Below, piece by piece: positions 10,810 to 21,343 of a stretch of DNA of 64,000 nt. The stretch spans positions 78,430,001 to 78,494,000 of the forward strand of contig OX597816.1 of assembly GCA_951406725.2 (NCBI GenBank). The letters are read 5' to 3'. The stretch is from Octopus vulgaris (taxonomy: Eukaryota). The notes beneath the pieces are model-generated. The model was not told the DNA's origin and searched no databases. It was given only the letters and a program-made list of their open reading frames with translations. Position 1 is the stretch's first letter, and each line of letters opens with the position of its first letter. The position numbers and the translations under genes are program-made.

Positions 10810-13800
10810 TCACACGGTTCCTTGCACGCACAACACTCGTGCAACATACTTCCATCTCTTTTGGAACGTACACTCTGACAGACACCTCTTCTCCAGCCAC
10901 AGTTTCCTTTTCAAATGAAAAGAAAAAAAGGATCGTAAATTGTGACCAGAGATAAAGTTGCCTGTCTTAATTCCTTTTATCCTAGTCTTCCATACTGCCT
11001 CTTTTGCTATTGCTACAACCGTGAGAAAACAATTCTTACCTTCGTTCGTTAGAACTCCCGGTGGGTCAATTTTTATAATTGACTCAGTCGACAGCCGTAC
11101 TCTTCCTTCGCCGGACAACAGATGTTCAGCATAAGCCCACATTTTAGTTATCTCCGGACACTGAACAATAGCGTGAGGGACGGTTTCCCTGTCCCCCCGC
11201 ATCTTGGACAGGTCGGCGACTGACGTTTACCATGTCTTGCGAGCCTATCCCAAACGGGCAAGGCACCTCTGTAGCATGGCCAGGTTAAGGACTTTGGGAA
11301 GTTGTCCAACGTTCTCAACCCGAATGTACGATGAAACAAGCTGTCCAGTTGAATAAATCCGAGACCTAGAGTCGACCCCAGGCCATCGTCGCATTCAGAC
11401 TCTACCAACCCACTATATAAAATCCGTGTGGAACCCCCACCGCTGGCGTTGCCCGAGCGCCGGAACAGCAAGAGGGCCTTACGGCACTCTTTATGCCACT
11501 CACTCGACCTTGGTCTACGAGAACACCAGGCTTCCTGTTCGCAAAAACTCTTGAACTCAGTGAACATTTGTCTGGCTAGCGGAGACCACACCCGTTCACT
11601 ATCCAGGAGAATCCAGAGGTGCCTCAACCTCAACGCATGTCTGCGCATCATTAACCAAGGCATCCCTAAACCTCCATTTAAAGGCTTTTGACAGCAGACA
11701 GAGCGTTTCACAAGTGGCGACCTGCCTTTCCACAAAAAGCGAAAGAGCTGTCTCTCCAACCTGATCAACCACGAATCCGGACAGGGCACGACGGTCAGGC
11801 GGTAGGTAATGACCGATGCGATAAACACATTGGCCACCTCCGCCCTCCCTTTCAGGGATAACCACCGCCAAGACCAGGTCTTGACTACTGCAGCCACCCT
11901 GCTCAATACCTCCGTCCAGTTCTTCTCTATCTGGAGGCCTGGTCCAAACCAGACTCCCAGCAACTTAACCGGTTCCTCCGTCCAGCGCCTAACAACACTG
12001 TCTGAAGGCATCGACTTGCCAACCCAGGTGCCGAGCTGCAAGCCGACCGACTTTTCCCGGTTAATCTTTGCTCCTGCCACCTCCTCGTAAGCCTCAATAG
12101 TCTTACCTACTTCACGTAGGCGTGCTACTGTGGTTACACTTGTAGTGACGCTATACAACAGCGCGCGCGCGCAACGCCCTTTTCTGATTCGCGCGTGTTT
12201 TCATCACCAAGAGGAAATATTGCTATCGTGGAATTAGCTGATTGGCTAGGAAAAGCGACCCTTAGAAAAGAGGCAAGGGAACGCAAAAACCTTGACGAGA
12301 GACAGCGTCCAGCAGAGACAGCAGAAGGCCTTCTGCTGTCTCTGCTGGACGCTGTCTCTCGTCAAGGTTTTTGCGTTCCCTTGCCTCTTTTCTAAGGGTC
12401 GCTTTTCCTAGCCAATCAGCTAATTCCACGATAGCAATATTTCCTCTTGGTGATGAAAACACGCGCGAATCAGAAAAGGGCGTTGCGCGCGCGCGCTGTT
12501 GTATAGCGTCACTACACACTGATAGTGATATCATCCGCGAAAGCCGTAACAAACTCCTCTAGTCCTGGTTCTCTCGGGATGCCACTCAACCTTTGCAGTA
12601 ATGGCTCGAGAGCCATCACATACAAAAGTGGTGAAAGCGGACATCCTTGACGAACCGAGCGTCTGATGCAGAACGGCTTCGAAAGGAAACCGTTCACCCG
12701 AACTATCGAGTCAATGTTGTGGTACAAAGCGATAAACCACCCGAGGAAGCCAAGGCCCAGGCCAAACCGCGCAAGTACAGTCGCTAGGTATCGATGGTCA
12801 ACCCTATCAAAAGCTTTAGACTGGTCCAAATGCACCAATGCCCCACCTTTGCCAGATTTATTACCAAACCTCTCTATGGTAAAGCGAATAAGATGGAGGG
12901 TATCCTGAATGGTTCTGCCTGGGATGGCACATGTCTGTGTCTCCCCGACTATACCATTCGCGACACGCGCCAACCTTTTTGCTAGAACCTTGGCCAAAAT
13001 CTTCACTTCTGCGTTTAACAGAGTGATGGGCCTGAAATTCTCTAGAACGTCCCCCTTGTCCGGGTCCTTTCTGACCAACGTCACTACTCCCCGGCGCACA
13101 GATCTGGGGATAAACCCATTCTGTTTCCAGTTCGCGTACACGTCAGTCAGTAGTTGCCCGAACAAGTCTGGCATACATTTATACAGCTCGTACGGAATAC
13201 CATCAAGTCCTGGTGACTTACCCGCTTTACAATCGGCCAAAGCCTCCATCACCTCCTCAGGTGTGATTGGCCCTTCGCAAGACTCCGCATCCGACCCCGA
13301 GAGGCACGGCAGCCCGGTAAGAAAGTCCTCGAGGGCTCTCCCACCACCAGGACCGCCGTCACCCCCGAACAGCTGGGCGAAGTACTCCCGAAAGACCTCA
13401 CACATTTTCTCGGGTTCGTTTATCAAGACACCATTTTGATTCGTCAAAGACCGAATAGAGGAACTATTTCCTTGCCGAGCTTCCACCACTCGGGTCCATC
13501 CAGCGGCTTTGATTCCTTCACTTCCCATTGCACGTAACTTAGCTCTGGTAATACTTCCCATGTGGTGGGCTTCAAGATGCTGGTTTAACTCCAGTCTTTT
13601 CACCCTCGCTTGGTCTGTATTACCAGTCCTCCAGGCTTCTTCTAGTTCCTTAACTAGACCATCTCCTATTTTACGTCCCTTCTTAGCTAAACTTATGCTA
13701 AACCTAATAGACTCATATTTGATGGCTCTTTTTAGGGCGTACCACCATTTGTTATTAATGATGGTACCTGTTAATGCCCTCTGTATTAACATCTTGATCC

Positions 13801-14590
13801 GCTTTCTGTACTCCTCAATCGCCAAAAGGGACGTATTGAGTTTCCAGTAGCCAGATCCCTGTCTATGCAACTTATCTACCGTCAGTTTACAGGTAACCAT
13901 CTTGTGGTCACTGTAGCTGACTAGAAAAAACTGTGGACACTCAACTATGGACTTATCTTTTTCTCTAATTAAAATCCTATCTAGATATGTTCTGGTAGAC
14001 CCGTCACTATTTGACCACGTCCACTGTGGAGTGTTCGGGTGCTCCAACCTATATGGATCTGCTAGCTGAAATTGATTTAGCAGATCCCGAAAGCCTGGGT
14101 TACATTTTCTGTTCATGTTCGAGCTTGTGCCAACACAATCTGTGTGTGCTGCACATATTGTATTAGAGTCTCCTAACACTACTAGTGAATGCGATGTGGC
14201 TAGGAACTTTCCTAGGCCACGAAAATATTCAGTTTGCGGGCCAATATTGTTTGGTGCGTAAATAGCGACCAGCCTGATTGTCTTGCCTCAACTGAATGTC
14301 AAGTCGAGAACGACCAGCCTGTCTTCTGGGTCAGAAAAAACCAACTTTTTCTCGGCTACCCGGTTTCTTTTTAGTAGGACCAACACCCCACCCCCACCTC
14401 CCGCCCGACTCGGAGAAACGTATTTCTCGTAGCCGTTCAGGAGGGGGAGCAGATCTCTTGGCCCCTTCACCCGGGTTTCCGTTGCAACAATTACATCCAA
14501 ATTTCTCGACCTGATGTCATTCAGAAAGCGTCCTTGCTTCCAGCTTGACAACAGGCCATGAACATTTAAACAACCAATGTGAATAGACAT
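10810..14590 (-). pseudogene. Tx1 ORF2 (APE endonuclease-RT), disrupted by one in-frame TGA (14288), a 376-bp insertion and one frameshift (~11195)
   Basis: Motifs IGCLNVHGL, ATETR, LGDSN, YLDRIL, SDHKMV, KSPGLDG, RPITLLNAEVKIL, DQSKAFDRV, RQGCPLSPLL, FADD, GGLGMP and CPRC...ETVPHAIVQC. Confidence 0.92.
12141..12516. mobile_element. Perfect 376-bp palindromic insertion with TGT...ACA ends and 4-bp TSD CACT
   Basis: The two 188-bp arms are exact reverse complements meeting at AGG|CCT. CACT is at 12137-12140 and 12517-12520. Removing the insert restores FADDITISVTTVARL in frame. Confidence 0.93.
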
Positions 14591-16157
14591 GACTTACCTG
14601 TTTAATCAGGATTGTCCGGTGGAGGGGGACCCTCCACCTTTTTTGATCCAGGGTCGGAGGTGGACGGTCTTGGGAAATAGATTTGTCAAAATCTCGTCTC
14701 ACCACCGACACAGAATTATCAGGTGGAGGGGGAATCTCCACCTTTTCCTTTTCTCGCGGGATCGGGGCTGGTAATCCATGAAATATCGACTTGTTAAAAT
14801 CTAATCTCAATGAAGATACTGTCTTTCTGTATTTATTTTGTAGAATTCTATAAGTCTTATTTGAGACTTCATATATGTCGTAATTGATAAATTCCTCTGA
14901 AAGGTTATCTATTTTTTTTACAGTCTTTATCAGTTGAATGTCTCTCATGAGCTCAGTATCTTTAGTGTATACGGCTATTATGCCTTTTTCTTCTTTTTCT
15001 CTTCTGGCAGTCTTTTTTGGTCGTTGTTCTGTAGTAGTCGCCGCTCTCGGCTGGGTTGCTGGTTGTATTTTTCTTTTGTTTGTTGTTTTTTTCTCATCTG
15101 TTTCTTCTTTATCTTCTTCCTCTTTGTCTTTTTTCTTCTTTTCCTCCTCTTCTTCATTTTCCTTGCAGTTCCTTCGAATGTGGCCTAATTGACCACATAA
15201 AAAACATCGAGGTTTTCGGCCCTCAACAAACACCACGAGGTTCTCCTCCCCTACCTCAATTGTCTCAGGAATTGTTTGAATTATTTTAGGGTCCGCTTGA
15301 ATGAGAAGATTAATTGTTTGACCATCCCAGCGTGGGTTTTCCGTAGCGGTAGCCTGGAGGAGAGTAATTTTTTCTACCTCTTTGATTAGGACTGCCGCCA
15401 ACAACCACCTAGGTTCGACCTCTGGTGGGACCCTTGTAATTTTTATTCTGGACGTCCTCATCCCCATATAATAGGGGATTAACTCCACATCGTTCGTTTT
15501 CAACGTTTCAACTGAGTTCTTGTGTGCTATTTCTTTATTGGTGAACCTTACTTCCACCGTTCCGAATTTTTTGCCTCTTCTCAGAAATACTATGTCGCCC
15601 AATATTGGCTTTAAGCACTTTTCTATTTTCTCTTCTGACATTCTTTCAATTTTTCTTTTTTGTAGACAATATGTTTTGAAAATTATTGTTTTTTGCTTTT
15701 CTTCCTGTAATAACTTTTGCGGAGGTTCAATTTTCACACCGTTGTCAGTTATTTTCATCATTTTGCTGTATTTCATAATTTCGCTTTTATTCGTCGACAG
15801 TATCTGGGTTCCACCCCCAGCAGCCAACGCAAAACTTTTTTTTCCATTTTTTGGTTCTATCTGGATGCTAGGCACATCAATTATTCTCTTCGACACAATG
15901 CCTTTGTTCTCTGGCAAAGTCGGAAACTCTTCTGGTGAAAGTTCTGACGAGCTCTCAGACACATCTCCAAAAAAATCAAATATATTATCCTCTCTGCTAT
16001 TCCTTCTTGTAGCGGGGGAAACCCCTATTTCCTTGTCTGTATTTGGCTCCTCGCCGGACATGTATTTCCTCCTCTCAACAGGAGAAACAAGTATTTCTGC
16101 TCCAACGGTAGGCTCCACGCTAGACGACATTCTTCCCCCCAAAGGGGGAATGAACAA
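14517..16157 (-). CDS. Tx1 ORF1 nucleic-acid-binding protein (~540 aa) with CCHC zinc knuckle
   Basis: Open ORF with CFLCGQLGHIRRNC and an RRM-like region. It overlaps the ORF2 start by 74 nt. Confidence 0.88.
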   Translation of the reverse strand: MFIPPLGGRMSSSVEPTVGAEILVSPVERRKYMSGEEPNTDKEIGVSPATRRNSREDNIFDFFGDVSESSSELSPEEFPTLPENKGIVSKRIIDVPSIQIEPKNGKKSFALAAGGGTQILSTNKSEIMKYSKMMKITDNGVKIEPPQKLLQEEKQKTIIFKTYCLQKRKIERMSEEKIEKCLKPILGDIVFLRRGKKFGTVEVRFTNKEIAHKNSVETLKTNDVELIPYYMGMRTSRIKITRVPPEVEPRWLLAAVLIKEVEKITLLQATATENPRWDGQTINLLIQADPKIIQTIPETIEVGEENLVVFVEGRKPRCFLCGQLGHIRRNCKENEEEEEKKKKDKEEEDKEETDEKKTTNKRKIQPATQPRAATTTEQRPKKTARREKEEKGIIAVYTKDTELMRDIQLIKTVKKIDNLSEEFINYDIYEVSNKTYRILQNKYRKTVSSLRLDFNKSIFHGLPAPIPREKEKVEIPPPPDNSVSVVRRDFDKSISQDRPPPTLDQKRWRVPLHRTILIKQVSHVYSHWLFKCSWPVVKLEARTLSE

Positions 16158-16293
16158 CGCGTGCTACCACAAGCACTAAGTGTTTTCAATTGAAAACTCT
16201 AACAGTTAAGTTATTCAACAGTTTAACAAGAAACAACAGTTGTTAACAATATTAACACCACGAAACAGCAATTCTTACTTCACGAACACATGT

Positions 16294-16360
16294 GCGGCAG
16301 ACGAAATACGGCTACGCATTTCACCCGGCGTGCAAACGGTTCTGCCAGCTCGCCGCCTTG
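16294..16360 (-). mobile_element. 5' head (A box) of the SINE split by the Tx1 LINE
   Basis: GGCGGCGAGCTGGCAGAACCGTTTGCACGCCGGGTGAAATGCG; compare the intact head at 20905-20953. Confidence 0.85.
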
Positions 16361-17350
16361 AGTAGATGTGGGACTGAAAGACACAGAAGAGAATAACTTT
16401 CCCCTATTTAATAAATGACAACGAACAGTGTGTGTATATTAAAACAAGTATCATACATTAAGTTGTATTAGTTATCGAGTAGATAACTTTTAAATATATA
16501 TATTTGTAACGATTTGTGTGCGCCAAATGAATGACAAGAGAAAAATAACCGATGTAACAATTATTGAATTTGTATTTATCATCGTTACATTGTAAGAAGC
16601 AACTTCGAGTTGTGTTGTTGTACCCAGTTTATTTGCAGTTCCGTTATCCATTCTGGGGATAGTTAAGTTCATCTTTTGTTGGCTGCTTGAAGAACGGAGA
16701 GAAGAAGGTGAGGGGTAAGAGTAAAACAATTTAGACGAGCAGAGAGGGTGAAAGTTGTATAGTTACGCGGTGACAATTCATACGTAAAATGTTCCTTTTG
16801 GTTAGGGGTCAAGCGAAAGAGGTAGAAACGATTTTGTGTTCAGCATTTGTATTTTTTTCCAGCTAAATTAGGTCAGGCCGAACAAAGGCCCTTTCGTCTA
16901 TTATATTGTCTGAACATTATTTAACCTAAGATTGTTCACTTAAACAGAACTTAACTAAGTGTGGTAGTTAATTCTCATAAATTTCTGAGTACAAAAGCCA
17001 AGAACAATTGGAAGGGACTCAGAAAAAATCTACACTTATAATCCGAATCTTGACTAAGAATTTAAGAAGATATATATATATATATATATATTACATATAT
17101 AAATAAGAGGAACAGCCACCAAGGCAGAGTCCTAATATTCTAGAAGAAGACGTTGTCAAAAGTGTTAGCAAATGCCAGAATGTATGCGAGCAAGACAAAT
17201 GAAAGGAGACAAAATAGAGCAATTAACTCTATACCTTAAGATTTCGCTGTCAACGATCTATGGCGTGATCATCTAGAGCTTTTCAGTGAAGTCGTTGCAG
17301 GACACATAATCAGCGGAACCAGATACAAAAAGTCCCCACGACAGAGAACA

Positions 17351-17409
<59 letters not shown>

Positions 17410-17413
<4 letters not shown>

Positions 17414-18222
17414 AAATAGGGTAATAATAAATTATTATTAACAGTGGCCTAGCACAAAAAAACAAATTAGTCATTAGACTATATATTATTCATATAGAAA
17501 TACAATAAGAGGCTTCCAAATAGGAAAGCGTTGTGCTAGAACACAAAAAAGGGATAAATTCACGAAAGGAATAAAAATTAAAAACATTTACCATCTCAAC
17601 TATATCCCAGACCAACGGTTTCTAACTATTTCCAGTAAAATATTTCGGCAAATATTTTTTTGCTGGAAATAGTTAGAAACCGTTGGTCTGGGATATAGTT
17701 GAGATGGTAAATGTTTTTAATTTTTATTCCTTTCGTGAATTTATCCCTTTTTTGTGTTCTAGCACAACACTTTCCTATTTGGAAGCCTCTTATTGTATTT
17801 CTATGTGAATAATATATAGTCTAATGACTAATTCGTTTTTTGTACTAGGCCACTAGTAATAATAATTTATTATTACCCTATTTTATTATGTTTAAATATT
17901 GTTTGACAAATTTGTTCGAGAATTTTTACCGGCATCCTCTCTGTCGCCGGGTATAATTTGCATCTGTGCAGAGGTTTGAAAAGTTAGGATTTACAAACCG
18001 TTAGATCTACATGTGGATCTAGCAGTCTGTACGCCAGGATTATTAAGGCTGTCCCACTGAAGAAACTTGCCATCGGCAAATATTTTTTCGCTGGAAATAG
18101 TTAGAAACCGTCGGTCTGGGATGTAGTTGAGATGGTAAATGTTTTTAATTTCATTCCTTTCGTGAATTTATCCCTTTTTTGTGTTCTAGCACAACGCTTT
18201 CCTATTTGGAAGTCTCTTATTG

Positions 18223-18230
<8 letters not shown>
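17410..18230. mobile_element. Non-coding Penelope/retrozyme-like element with inverted plus direct pLTR copies
   Basis: ~235-bp arms at 17410-17640 and 17655-17890, a direct repeat with 428-bp period, and (TA)n flanks. Confidence 0.8.
18051..18122 (+). ncRNA. Type I hammerhead ribozyme
   Basis: TCCCA-CTGAAGA-AACT...AGTT-A-GAAAC-CGTCG-GTC-TGGGA has stems I to III and an intact core. Confidence 0.8.
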
Positions 18231-18259
<29 letters not shown>

Positions 18260-18263
18260 GTTT

Positions 18264-18508
18264 GTGTATTAAGGCTACTATTGGTTTCAAGTTGACAAAA
18301 ATATCTTAATATTTTAATAATTTTTCCAGCCAATCACAGTGAGGAATGGTGGTCGACTTCATTTTGGATGAAAACACAAAATATTGGACGTTTTATATTT
18401 TCATCCAAAATGGAGACGAATACCATTCCTCCATGTGATCGGCTTGAGAAATTGCTAGGATATTAAGATATTTTTCTTAACCTGAAACCAGTGGTAGCCT
18501 TAATACAT
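18264..18508. mobile_element. Palindromic MITE (possibly Kolobok-like: TTAA|GG...CC|TTAA)
   Basis: GTATTAAGGCTACTATTGGTTTCA...TGAAACCAGTGGTAGCCTTAATAC, with ~110-bp imperfect arms. Confidence 0.65.
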
Positions 18509-19258
18509 AAATAAAGAAATCTTATCCACCAATGCAGTGTTGAGTACTCATTCTCGTTGTTCGACGTTTACACGCGCGCTCACGTTTACAAAATATGGGG
18601 ATTTAGTTCACAGGTGATCTAAACCAAAGGTTCTCTCAACGGGGGGCCCATTTGGAGCGCGATGTGAGGGCGTTTTGGAGCAAATGGAGCACGATGGGGG
18701 GGGGGGGGTTAAGAGACTTAGGGGGCGCTGGAAGACCCTCGTCTTTGGTAAATTTAATTTGAAATTAACGAGTAGTAGCCATGTTTTCATATCTCTGTGA
18801 CAGTGAGTTTAAAAAACCATGCCTTTTTGTTTCAAATTTTCAAAAACTTAAAAAACACCTTTTCTACTCTGACGACACCAAGCACATTCCTGGTACCATG
18901 GTGTCGCTAAAGTGAAACCCCTGAAACAAAAACAAAAACTAAAAACAGATGAATAGTGACATATGATTAAAAGAAAAAAAAAAGTAATGAACAAAAGTGA
19001 AAAGCTGAATGTGTGTGTGTATGTGTTTGTGTGCAAATATATAAAGAATGGTGGTCAGAATTTTGGATCAAACTGGATTTTCGGAGTGGCTGATAGGTAT
19101 GTATTTGTGTGTGTGTGTGTGTGTGTGTGTATGGGTATGTTTGTATGTATATGATTGCGTGTGTTGGCATTTCGAATACCCATCTGCGATTGAACTTAAA
19201 TTGACCCCTATTAAAGACTCAACTACACACACACACACATTTATTTTAGGTTTTGTAC

Positions 19259-21343
19259 CCATTTGAACTGCGTCTATACACCAGATAACGTGGTAAGTCA
19301 TATATTCTGAAATTTAAATTTTGAATTTGTTTTAAATATAAAATTATACCCCAGCTAAAAACACATCTTTTGGGTTTGGAAAACAGAACCTTTTCTTTCT
19401 CTTTCTATATTTTTTGTTAAAGTAGAATTTCTCTGTTTTGGTAAGGATTTTCCAATTTCCTTATCAAGCAATAGACAGAAGCATTTAAAAAAGAGTTAAA
19501 TTCATTTAACGGAACAAAATCAAAAATATTAATTTTAATATTAATTTTACCTTTTGACGTACAGACTTAAAAAATAATTTTTTGTAACTAAACACTTTCA
19601 AATTTCGGACACTTGTAGAATGTGTCATATGAAACACGAAGTAATTTCACGTTAAAGTAGGTCTATTTCGGTAATTTCAACCAATCAATGACGTGTATTC
19701 AGCTGAATAAAATTACTGCCGTTGTTTGTCAACAACAACTATCGGCGGTGTATTTTTCGTTTGTCACTGTTATTTATGACATCGTCCGTGCGTTTGTACT
19801 GGTTTTAGCGTTAAGGTTTTAGGGTTAGGGTTAGTGTTTTAGGATTAGGGTGTTAGGGTTAGGGTTGTCATAAATAACAGTGACAAACGAAAGATACACC
19901 GCCAGAAGTTCTTGTTGACAAACAATGGCAGTAATTTTATTCAACTGAACACACGTCATTGATTGGTTGAAATTACCGAAATTTAACGTGAAATTACTTC
20001 GTAAATATAAGTTTTTCTCAAAAGTTCTAAGAGTAAAACATGTTTTATATGACACATTCTATTAGTGTCCGAAGTTTGGAAGTATTTAGTTACAAAAAAT
20101 TATTTTTAAAATCTGTACGTCAAAAGGTAAAGATCGAAATTTTTTTTTACCGAAAATGTTCTTCCTATGGTTTTGAAGTGCCAAAAAGAATTGGCCAAAA
20201 TAGGTCCGGAGTGGGGTGATGAGGGAAGGGGGTGTAAAAGAAAAAGAGTTTTCAAAACGATTTCATACATAGATGCACCCGCCACAACTCCATCATTTCG
20301 AAGGCTGTGGCTTAAAACAAAAATGGAGAAAATACCCGAAAAAATTTTCCCCATAAATTTCTTTATAATCGTAGTCTATGCCGTGTGAAAGGGATTTGTA
20401 TAGATTTTCATTAAAAGACACCCCTTGTAAGGACCGTGCGATGCGAGGTGACGAGAATTGCTCTTTAGTACCAATTCACACAGTCCTTACAATGAAGAGA
20501 AAATAGAACCATTTACCTGCCAGATGGACCAAGGAGACATAACCGCTTAAGAAAGATTAAGAGAACAGTTATTCTTTTCTACTCTAGGCACAAGGCCGAA
20601 ATTTTTGAGCGGTGCCAGTCGATTAGGTCGACCCTAGTACGCAACTGGTACTTAATTTATCGACTCCGAAAGGATGAAAGGTAAAGTCGACCTCAGCAGA
20701 ATTTGAACTCAGAACGTAGCGGCAAACGAAATACCTATTTCTTTACTACCCACAAGGGGCTAAACACGGAGGAGACAAACAAGGACAGACAGACGGATTA
20801 AGTCGATTATATCGACCCCAGTGTATAACTGGTACCGAAAGGATGAAAGGCAAAGTCGACCTCGGCGGAATTTGAACTCAGAACGTAGCAGCAGACGAAA
20901 TACCTCTAAGAATTTCATCCGGCCTGCTAACGATTCTGCCAGCTCGCCGCCTTTTAAGAGAACATATATTGATATGTTAATATGTGTGTCTGTGCGTGTG
21001 TCATGTATACAGAATAATAGACAGGCCGTCATAAGAACAAAATGTGTGTGCGTATAAGCATAGAAGTATGCGCGTGTTAAGAACATATAAGGATGGCAAT
21101 GATGAAGGAGACAGTGAAAGTCTATAGCCATCGAAGTGAGAAATAAGTTCATAGACACGTGAAAGAGAATACCGGTTCGTAGTCAAAGATACACGGTAGT
21201 TGAAATACTTTATCAAGAAGTCGCGACCATGATGCTGAGTCGGTTGCAGGTACATGTCGTACGTGAAGTCGTGGCTGTGATGCTGCTGCCTGGGCCACTT
21301 GGTACAGGAGTTCTTGCAGGTTGCATATTCGTTGTTGATCCAT
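19259..21343 (-). CDS. Putative orphan micro-exon gene (exons 21343-21173, 20545-20517, 20310-20269, 19306-19259; more possible downstream)
   Basis: TATAAAA near 21613-21619 and ACCATGG start. Four AG/GT-bounded exons join in phase: MDQQRICNLQ...FDYEP-RLCLLGPSG-SHSLRNDGVVAGAS-IIYDLPRYLVYRRSSN. No recognisable homology. Confidence 0.35.
19545..20135. mobile_element. Foldback MITE with (TTAGGG)n in its loop
   Basis: ~235-bp inverted arms (TTTACCTTTTGACGTACAG... / ...CTGTACGTCAAAAGGTAAAGATC) and degenerate TTAGGG repeats at ~19804-19866. Confidence 0.85.
20572..20953 (-). mobile_element. Tandem/nested family B SINEs
   Basis: A complete SINE (20737-20953) is followed by a headless body that starts at the same GTATTTCGT(C/T)TGC site. 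Confidence 0.85.

Larger units (their letters stand above)
10567..16293 (-). mobile_element. Full-length L1/Tx1-clade non-LTR retrotransposon
   Basis: ORF1 and ORF2 (APE, RT, C-terminal Cys/His motif) are present, the 3' end is AATAAAGAAATT, and the TSD GCAGACGAAATACG occurs at 10553-10566 and 16297-16310. Confidence 0.93.

Noticed and set aside
12195-12562. Identical peptides on both strands
   Set aside because: A consequence of the perfect palindrome, not evidence of coding.
16590-16720. Plus-strand non-coding first exon with GTGAGG/GTAAGA donors
   Set aside because: Only splice-like motifs; no supportable downstream CDS.
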